A DNA stretch of 64,000 nt, taken from contig NC_079170.1 of the NCBI RefSeq assembly GCF_947568905.1, positions 38,254,001-38,318,000 of the forward strand, read 5' to 3'. Below are positions 38,044-44,153 of the stretch, piece by piece; position 1 is the stretch's first letter; the number at the start of each line of letters is the position of its first letter. Position numbers and translations under genes: made by a program. Origin of the DNA: Ostrea edulis. Taxonomy: Eukaryota. The notes below the pieces were generated by a model. It was not told the origin of the DNA and did no database searches. It saw nothing but the letters and a program-made list of their open reading frames with translations.

Positions 38044-38541
38044 ATGGATACTCAGCAATTGAGAGATGTTTTACAACGAGATTTAGGACCGGCGTTTGCC
38101 GGTGTGTATCCTCGAGATGTCATACCTGAGCTGTTACCTCATCACAAAGCCATCGTGGTGAATACAGACCCTCACGATCGCCCTGGAGCGCATTGGGTCT
38201 GTTTGTATTTGAGTAGCCCTACCGTCGAATATTTTGATTCTTACGGATTACCTCCCAGCCATAAAGACATCCAAGACTTTATTCAACGCCACGGAGAGAC
38301 TTGGATTCATAACACCCATTGTTATCAAGATTTGAATACGGATGTCTGTGGACAATACTGTGTGTATTTTTTACATCAACGCCATCGCCATAGAAGCACC
38401 GTACGAGAATGGTTACTTCCCTGGAAAGGCACGGCCTTACAACGCGATCGTTTTGTGGCGGATTGGTTTAAAGAGACCTTCCGAAAACCGAGAACCCATC
38501 AAGGACAAACTTGTCAATGTCAAAGACTGAATGTATTGTAA
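38044..38541 (+). CDS. PRO: Adenain-like cysteine maturation protease
   Basis: NTD...PGAHW, YFDSYG, YQ.....CGQYC catalytic His/Asp/Gln/Cys pattern. Confidence 0.95.
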   Translation: MDTQQLRDVLQRDLGPAFAGVYPRDVIPELLPHHKAIVVNTDPHDRPGAHWVCLYLSSPTVEYFDSYGLPPSHKDIQDFIQRHGETWIHNTHCYQDLNTDVCGQYCVYFLHQRHRHRSTVREWLLPWKGTALQRDRFVADWFKETFRKPRTHQGQTCQCQRLNVL

Positions 38542-38632
38542 ACTATGTTATTGTTATTGTTCATAGTTGGAGTTTAATAAAACGTTGGGAAAAAAAAATA
38601 TTTTTTTTTTCTTGTCATTGTAATCAACCATG

Positions 38633-38673
38633 TCTTTTCAAAAAGAATGGGTAGCCCTGAAAAGGGCTGTTTT
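38633..38673 (-). terminator. Histone-type 3' stem-loop plus purine-rich downstream element
   Basis: Minus strand: AAAAC AGCCCT TTTC AGGGCT ACCCA TTCTTTTT GAAAAGA, 84 nt after the stop of ORF 38753-39052. Confidence 0.75.
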
Positions 38674-38752
38674 CTTTCTCTCTCTGTTCTTGGTCTTTTC
38701 TCTTCTTCTCTCTTCTTCTCTCTCTTCTCTTCTTCTCTTCTCTGTCCCCCTC

Positions 38753-39052
38753 TCACTGTCTGTTCTTCTTCTTCTTCTTTCTTCTCTTCTTTTTCTGCTC
38801 CTCCGGGGGTTGCTCGTGGTCAAACACAAACACAGGCAACCACCCGTGTTTAAAAAACAATCTCCCCGGAGGCCGCTGCACCACTTCTAACTCTGCGTCC
38901 CAGTTTTCCTCAGGCGGGGGCAGATCCTGGCTCATGGGCGGTGGGGGAAGAGCCTCCCGTGAGGCCGGCGGGGCAATCTCTTCGTCCCAATCCTCCTCAC
39001 ATTTGTAACAATAATCATTCACCGTAGGGTCTGATCCTACTCTGCGACTCAT
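38753..39052 (-). CDS. Hypothetical 99-aa acidic/Pro-rich protein with a basic C-terminal NLS-like tail
   Basis: ATG-started ORF with upstream shared promoter motif and downstream stem-loop; EEDWDEE and EENWDAE repeats; KKKRRKKKKK. Confidence 0.65.
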   Translation of the reverse strand: MSRRVGSDPTVNDYCYKCEEDWDEEIAPPASREALPPPPMSQDLPPPEENWDAELEVVQRPPGRLFFKHGWLPVFVFDHEQPPEEQKKKRRKKKKKNRQ

Positions 39053-39104
39053 CGTTCTGGTTCCTTTAAAAAATCGGAATGCCCGATTTTTGACGTTGCG
39101 CTCG

Positions 39105-39144
39105 TTTAAAAAGGCGAGAGCGCGGACGTCCTCGAAAACATCCC
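39105..39144 (-). promoter_or_regulatory. Shared promoter motif, copy 1, plus TATA-like TTTAAA
   Basis: AGCGCGGACGTCCTCGAAAACATCCC at 39119-39144; near-identical copy at 41151-41176. Confidence 0.65.
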
Positions 39145-39159
39145 CCTACCTCAGATGGC

Positions 39160-39197
39160 TGACGTCATGTTGATGACTCATCAAAAAACACTATATA
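39160..39197 (+). promoter_or_regulatory. CRE plus AP-1 plus TATA promoter of the Cys-rich gene
   Basis: TGACGTCA 39160-39167, TGACTCA 39174-39180, TATATA 39192-39197; ATG 39230. Confidence 0.55.
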
Positions 39198-39229
39198 CAT
39201 AGGTCACTTGTTACCATTTTTTCTCAATC

Positions 39230-39631
39230 ATGTCGTTTGAACGGTACGTGGATGGTGAGAAAGATGTACTAATGTGTGGGTATTGCCGAGGACCTTGGAG
39301 AACTTGTGGGTGTTTTCATTATAAAAAAGAAAACATCCTGGCCAAACATAAGTGGATAGAGTATATGGCAGAGCTGAATTATTGTCCCTTTGTCTATAAA
39401 TGTTGTGGTCACACTAGAGAACCCTGGCTACCGTGTAAGTGTCCGCAGCATTGTACCATCAACCCTGAAGATGAAATAGCTCATAAGGACTGTACCTGTG
39501 AGATCTGTCAGGAGTTTAGAGAGCGCTGGACTCAGAGAAAGTTTAAACCCCACCTGTTTCAACATTGTCCTTACAGTCAAGAACCCCGGTCAACGTGTAC
39601 CTGTGAGACCTGTCAACCAGCATGTCGGTGA
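39230..39631 (+). CDS. Cys/His-rich putative metal-binding protein (133 aa)
   Basis: Many CxxC/CxC motifs; internal repeat CTCEICQ / CTCETCQ. Confidence 0.7.
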   Translation: MSFERYVDGEKDVLMCGYCRGPWRTCGCFHYKKENILAKHKWIEYMAELNYCPFVYKCCGHTREPWLPCKCPQHCTINPEDEIAHKDCTCEICQEFRERWTQRKFKPHLFQHCPYSQEPRSTCTCETCQPACR

Positions 39632-40119
39632 CGGATCTACGAGGAGATGTATTATCTCTACCTTGGGTGGATGGTATTGTACAACAATGTAACTGTTTAA
39701 CGGTGAAACCTCATGGATTAAGTCAACGTATTGCCGACCGATTTCCTTGGGCTAATCTGTATGCGACCCGACAACCTTTAGGACGAAGAAATTTAGCTAT
39801 AGAAGCGGATCGAGGAATACCGGGTACTGTGTGTATTATGCCTCATTCTTCTCATCCTGATGTAATCTGTTTGTTAGCGCAATGGGATTACGGGAGAGGC
39901 ACTCAACGCTTACCCCTGTATGCCGATACCCCCGAACAACGTGAACTTTGGTTTCAACAATGTTTACAGGAATTAGGCACTTTGTCTTACCAGACTTTAG
40001 CGTTTCCTTATCGTATTGGATGTGGATTAGGCGGAGGCAATTGGACTCATTATAGACAATGGATTTGTGACTTTGCTTATCAGTATCATAAACATGTTTA
40101 CATTGTCAAGAAAATGTAA
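39622..40119 (+). CDS. Macrodomain protein (TARG1/DarG/SCO6735-like class), putative ADP-ribosyl hydrolase
   Basis: GDVL...IVQQCNC...GL...I...FP; VICLLAQ..YG; FPYRIGCGLGGGNW diphosphate-binding loop. Confidence 0.85.
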   Translation: MSVTDLRGDVLSLPWVDGIVQQCNCLTVKPHGLSQRIADRFPWANLYATRQPLGRRNLAIEADRGIPGTVCIMPHSSHPDVICLLAQWDYGRGTQRLPLYADTPEQRELWFQQCLQELGTLSYQTLAFPYRIGCGLGGGNWTHYRQWICDFAYQYHKHVYIVKKM

Positions 40120-40211
40120 CTTTATTATAGCTTTATTCTAGCTATTACTTGTGTTAATAAAACTTTTTAAAAACAAACTTGTGTGTTTCTTGATTTTTGC
40201 CATAAAAAGTG

Positions 40212-40250
40212 TCTTTTCAAAAAAGTTGGTGGCCCTGAAAAGGGCCGTTT
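40212..40250 (-). terminator. Canonical histone mRNA 3' stem-loop plus purine-rich downstream element
   Basis: Minus strand: AAAC GGCCCT TTTC AGGGCC ACCAA CTTTTTT GAAAAGA, 23 nt after the RING-gene stop. Confidence 0.85.
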
Positions 40251-40269
40251 GGTCCTAAGGACCGACTTT

Positions 40270-41058
40270 TCAATCCCTGGTTCCGGTAAACCGGCATAAC
40301 GGGCACCGTCCCCGGGTGTGTCGCCGCTCCTGTAACTCTTCCACGCACGAGCAGCAAGCTGGGCGCTGCCCACATCCCCTACACGTAATTCCAGAGTGTA
40401 CCCTGTCTTGCCAGCAGACAGGACACTTAAACCAGATAGGAACCGCCCTATCTGCCCAGCCAGGGACAGTCATAGGGTGGTTCCTCGGGGGATGAGTTGC
40501 CACCGGTGCGTGGGTTGGTCTCGGTGGCGGAGTCCTCCCTGCAAACCGGATGGTAGGTGGTGGGGGTCTTGCAGGGGCTGCTGGTCTCGGTGGTGATGCC
40601 GTGTCTGCCACCAACAGCGACGGACTCTGGGCTGGACTGGGAGGTGGTGCGGGGGACGGTGACCTCGGTGAATACTCCACCGGTGACGCTGGTGAGTCGC
40701 TCATCGGCACCGGGCTGTATTCCTCAGGTGCCGATGGGATCGGTGGTGGTGGTGTTGTAGGCGTCGCCGGGGAGTAAGGTGGTGGTGGTGAGGGTGGCTG
40801 TGGGGCCCGTCGGCGCGGTCTCGTGGCCGTGGAGATTCGAGCGGTGCGGCGGCGGGGTGCCCTCCCTTCATACTCGGCCCGCACCCGGCAGATGATCTCA
40901 CGGACCCCACTCTGGTCGAAAGGGGAGAAGGTGCTCAGGTCGTTCTCAGAACGCACGACCCAATTCTCCCCTACCCGTTCCTCAGCCACCACTACCAGCC
41001 GGTACCGGAATCCAGGCAAGGTCTGGAAATTGTAGAGCGGGTCTCTTCTTGTAGCCAT
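40270..41058 (-). CDS. Pro-rich protein with a C-terminal RING finger (C4C4-like), 262 aa
   Basis: ATG at 41058 (track start 41109 is GTG); CPVC-x10-C-x2-C-x5-CCSC-x13-CPLCR; PPPPY and YSP repeats. Confidence 0.8.
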   Translation of the reverse strand: MATRRDPLYNFQTLPGFRYRLVVVAEERVGENWVVRSENDLSTFSPFDQSGVREIICRVRAEYEGRAPRRRTARISTATRPRRRAPQPPSPPPPYSPATPTTPPPPIPSAPEEYSPVPMSDSPASPVEYSPRSPSPAPPPSPAQSPSLLVADTASPPRPAAPARPPPPTIRFAGRTPPPRPTHAPVATHPPRNHPMTVPGWADRAVPIWFKCPVCWQDRVHSGITCRGCGQRPACCSCVEELQERRHTRGRCPLCRFTGTRD

Positions 41059-41137
41059 TCTTCTTTCTTCTTTCTTCTTTAAAATCCTTCTACAACTGTG
41101 CTGGATCACCAGTGAAGCGAACTGGCGAGTGCGCCGG

Positions 41138-41176
41138 TATATATCAGGAAAGCGCGGACCTCCTCGAAAACATCCC
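41138..41176 (-). promoter_or_regulatory. Shared promoter motif, copy 2, plus TATATA
   Basis: AGCGCGGACCTCCTCGAAAACATCCC at 41151-41176 (25/26 identical to 39119-39144); TATATA at 41138-41143. Confidence 0.65.
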
Positions 41177-41611
41177 TCGCTTCGGAGACGAAGCCAAGAT
41201 GGTGGCCGTCAAAATGGCGGATTTGTGCTTTCGAGTAGAGAGTTTTTTCTCATTGTCTTTTTCTAGACATTCGATATCTGTGCAAGGTAGATTTAATCTG
41301 ATAGATTCTGAGACGGCGAATGCGTTAAACTTATTTTTATTTTGCTACGTCGCATAGTTTTCAAAGAAACAGCGGTTAAAGAGGTCGAGTCGAGGTTCAA
41401 TGTTTCTTCACCACCTCTTTAAAAATTTATTTCTCGACCATGTACATCCCTAAAAACATCTCATAAGGTCTATTCGATAGAAAACACCTTATTTGATTCG
41501 ATTTTCACTCTACCTTTAGGATTTTCTGGATTCCTCAACAAATAAACCCTTCTCTGAGAGACTCAACCAAACACAGCTTTCGTGTAAACAATTTTATTCA
41601 TGTCACATATT

Positions 41612-41830
41612 TCAAATACATAACTCCCACACACAACACCAATGCACATGTCTTTTTAAAATAGGGTCCAACATTTTTTCCATTTCTCGAATCCTGCGTT
41701 GAAATCGATATCGATCAGCGGCTACAGTCATCCAGATACTTGTCCGGTCTTCTTCGGGTAACCGATACACTTCATTATGATCCAGATTAAAAGTCACACG
41801 TTTAACTTGACGTACATCTCTCGAAGACAT
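41612..41830 (-). CDS. DP71L/ICP34.5/GADD34-like PP1 regulatory subunit (72 aa)
   Basis: ATG 41830: MSSRDVRQVKRVTFNLDHNEVYRLPEEDRTSIWMTVAADRYRFQRRIREMEKMLDPIL; RVxF motif plus the W...A.DR.RF.RRI...E..L signature. Confidence 0.85.
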   Translation of the reverse strand: MSSRDVRQVKRVTFNLDHNEVYRLPEEDRTSIWMTVAADRYRFQRRIREMEKMLDPILKRHVHWCCVWELCI

Positions 41831-42099
41831 CGTAGTCTGATTTTCTCGATTTCTGCTCTGTCTGTGGGTCGAATTCGTTTCAATTCCTGGCCCATTAAAT
41901 GAATCAATACTAAGGCTTGCGGGGTGATCCGGTTCTCGATCAAATACTGACAGAGACATGGATAGTCCTTTAAGCTGATGGGAAATAATTCTTCTCGCAT
42001 ATAGTGTAACACAAATTCAATCTGCCAAGAATGAATGTCTGTGAGATAATCCAATACATAAGTTATCGCTTTCTCTGTGATGTGGTCACTGCTGGCCAT
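41794..42099 (-). CDS. Unknown helical protein, tandem paralogue 4 (101 aa)
   Basis: ATG 42099; shares FPxxLxxY and LxxIxxxGxExKxxxP....I..I...L motifs with its neighbours. Confidence 0.75.
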   Translation of the reverse strand: MASSDHITEKAITYVLDYLTDIHSWQIEFVLHYMREELFPISLKDYPCLCQYLIENRITPQALVLIHLMGQELKRIRPTDRAEIEKIRLRCLREMYVKLNV

Positions 42100-42433
42100 C
42101 CTCCGGGAATAAATGAAATGAATTAAGTTCTTCACACTTTATGTATACTTCTCGAAGCCAGTCCTTGGTGATACTTTCAATCTCAACGGTTTTTTCAGGC
42201 ATGCGTTTCTTGAATTCCTCCCCCAGGACATAAATTAACATCAATCCCGCATCGTTATAGAGATTGATGTATATCCGGTTCCGTAGATCTGTATATTCGT
42301 CCAGAGTCATTGGAAACACCCCCGCTATCAGAAAATTTTTAACGAATTGAAACACCGTATCGTCTTGCATTTTCTCGACCCATTCTAATGCATGGTTATG
42401 CGCTTTTTCTGCGATGTTGTCACTGCTGGCCAT
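42086..42433 (-). CDS. Unknown helical protein, tandem paralogue 3 (115 aa)
   Basis: Start region GGAGGATGGCCAGCAGTGAC identical to that of the 42099 ORF; shared protein motifs. Confidence 0.8.
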   Translation of the reverse strand: MASSDNIAEKAHNHALEWVEKMQDDTVFQFVKNFLIAGVFPMTLDEYTDLRNRIYINLYNDAGLMLIYVLGEEFKKRMPEKTVEIESITKDWLREVYIKCEELNSFHLFPEDGQQ

Positions 42434-42462
42434 CCTCCACGAATAAAGGAAAAGAAAAACGG

Positions 42463-42816
42463 TTAGGTTTTTTTATACACCTTTTCCAACCAGTGATCGG
42501 TAATCGCTACAATCGCCCCAGTCTTCTCAGGTTCCCGTCGTCTAAATTCTTGCTCCATGGTATAATTCATGATCAATCCAGACTCTCTGTTCAGGTTGCC
42601 GGCTATATGCTTGCAAACGCCGGAATATTCATATAAGGTCATAGGAAATTCCCAAAAGATCAACAACTTCATAGCGAATTTATATCTCAACGGCTGTTTT
42701 TCTTTCCAGTCCTTGATACACTGTAATGCAGCGCTACGAGCGTTGTTCACCGATTCTTTGTAGTCCTTGAAATGCTGTAATACAGCGGTAAGAACGTTGT
42801 TGGTCAATTCAGCCAT
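42463..42816 (-). CDS. Unknown helical protein, tandem paralogue 2 (117 aa)
   Basis: FPMTLYEY, EQEFRRREPEKT and HWLEKVY align with paralogue 3. Confidence 0.75.
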   Translation of the reverse strand: MAELTNNVLTAVLQHFKDYKESVNNARSAALQCIKDWKEKQPLRYKFAMKLLIFWEFPMTLYEYSGVCKHIAGNLNRESGLIMNYTMEQEFRRREPEKTGAIVAITDHWLEKVYKKT

Positions 42817-42853
42817 GATGATCAAAATGAAAAAATTCCAAAACGTTCTTGTT

Positions 42854-43186
42854 TTATAACAGGGCAGCCATTCCTTTCATACGAATCAGTTCCACGAATC
42901 CTTTTTGTAAACAATCGCGTAAGATCCGATCAATGTCACTCATCTGGTCTGGAAGATTCTGTTTCAATTCCTCAGCATACAAATAAATCATGAGTAAACG
43001 TCCCGTATTGGTATTCTCCGCTAATGAATCAGCAATCCGTTGAAAACTATGTACATTTCTGACCTCCGGTGACATCTGTTGTACAAATTGACGAGCATTT
43101 TGAATGTGAGGATTATGTAAGGCCATGTTCATACATTGTAGTACATAACTATATCCATTTATTCTCGTAGTAGCACTGCCGCCCAT
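42854..43186 (-). CDS. Unknown helical protein, tandem paralogue 1 (110 aa)
   Basis: LLMIYLYAEELKQNLP...IDRILRDCL aligns with the family; TATAAATA on the minus strand at 43217-43224 favours ATG 43186 over 43213. Confidence 0.7.
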   Translation of the reverse strand: MGGSATTRINGYSYVLQCMNMALHNPHIQNARQFVQQMSPEVRNVHSFQRIADSLAENTNTGRLLMIYLYAEELKQNLPDQMSDIDRILRDCLQKGFVELIRMKGMAALL

Positions 43187-43216
43187 AGTAAATAACGAAC
43201 GTTCAGAAAACATCTG

Positions 43217-43290
43217 TATTTATAGGTAAAGGTTATGCATCACGTGATCAAACACCTGCACCACGTGATCAAACACCTGTACGTCAGCTG
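43217..43290. promoter_or_regulatory. Divergent promoter with duplicated E-box module
   Basis: CACGTGATCAAACACCTG at 43241-43258 and 43262-43279, ACGTCA and CAGCTG at 43281-43290, between divergent ATGs at 43186 and 43326. Confidence 0.6.
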
Positions 43291-43325
43291 GTTTTTCTAC
43301 AGTCATTCTTGTCTGACCTTCAGTC

Positions 43326-43832
43326 ATGGATACACGGAGAATTTTAAGAGCGAGACGCTGCCGCCAGGGAATACAATCAGTGGAGAATTTAACCATAGTG
43401 GAAGATTATGTAGACGAGATGGAGATCTGGGACAATTTAGTACAGAGATGTCGCCATCGATTACGCTGGGGGCGATCTAAAAATTGGTGTTTTGACTATG
43501 TATTGCGGTCACATGAAACAGTGGAGGATATTTGCCTACGATTAAGTGACATGTACCTGAAAAATTCCCCCCTCATACAGTACATGATTTACCAGTTTTA
43601 CACGTTATTGAACGGCACTCAAAAAGTATCGGGATTTATTCGACTGGAGAAACCACGTTACCGAAGAAGTGTATGGGTATTGTTTTGGGATGCACACTGG
43701 ATGTGGGAAACCGTCGAAGAGATACGTTTCCCCGGGAGAAGAGCTCGACAATTAGTACAACACATTATATCCGAAGATCATGACTTACACGTGTATATAG
43801 AAGAACCTGCGTATGAAGCCGGCCATTTTTAA
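43326..43832 (+). CDS. Protein with a degenerate CRESS-virus Rep (HUH) endonuclease-like domain (168 aa)
   Basis: SKNWCF ... IQYMIYQ ... NGTQKVSGFIRLEKPR ... V..LF.DAHW follows the circo/nanovirus Rep N-domain pattern; HUH and YxxK catalytic residues are absent. Confidence 0.62.
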   Translation: MDTRRILRARRCRQGIQSVENLTIVEDYVDEMEIWDNLVQRCRHRLRWGRSKNWCFDYVLRSHETVEDICLRLSDMYLKNSPLIQYMIYQFYTLLNGTQKVSGFIRLEKPRYRRSVWVLFWDAHWMWETVEEIRFPGRRARQLVQHIISEDHDLHVYIEEPAYEAGHF

Positions 43833-43847
43833 AAATAAAAACTTCAT

Positions 43848-43871
43848 GCACAGCCCTTTTTAGGGCTACTT
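43848..43871 (+). terminator. Possible histone-type stem-loop
   Basis: AGCCCT TTTT AGGGCT AC at 43852-43869, 19 nt after the Rep-like stop; AATAAA at 43835 precedes it; no clear downstream element. Confidence 0.5.
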
Positions 43872-43920
43872 TAAACATCAATATAAGTTCCATTCCACTA
43901 AAGTCAATGTGTACCAATGT

Positions 43921-43992
43921 GCACTAGCACGCGCTGGTCGCGAGAAACCGGCTTTTCAAGTTCAATTAGGGCACTAGCACGCGCTGGTCGCG
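43921..43992. repeat. 22-bp direct repeat, 50-bp period, upstream of the zinc-knuckle gene
   Basis: GCACTAGCACGCGCTGGTCGCG at 43921-43942 and 43971-43992. Confidence 0.9.
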
Positions 43993-44153
43993 CGATGTTC
44001 TAGCTGAAACCGGTTTTTCCAGAAAAAGATGATGCAACCACGTGCTCCCCACGTGCCCCCCCACGAGACAGAATAGTCTAGACATTTTGCTGGCTATAAA
44101 AGCGGAGCCCCAGTGTCAGTCCTCATTCGATCTTCAATCACCTTCCAGAAGAC

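Noticed and set aside
38574-38890. Several overlapping ORFs rich in S/L/F or E/R/K
   Set aside because: Translation artefacts of the CT/AG-rich low-complexity tract in a 3' UTR.
41112-41357. 81-aa plus-strand ORF
   Set aside because: GTG start, overlaps the promoter motif of the RING gene, no motifs.
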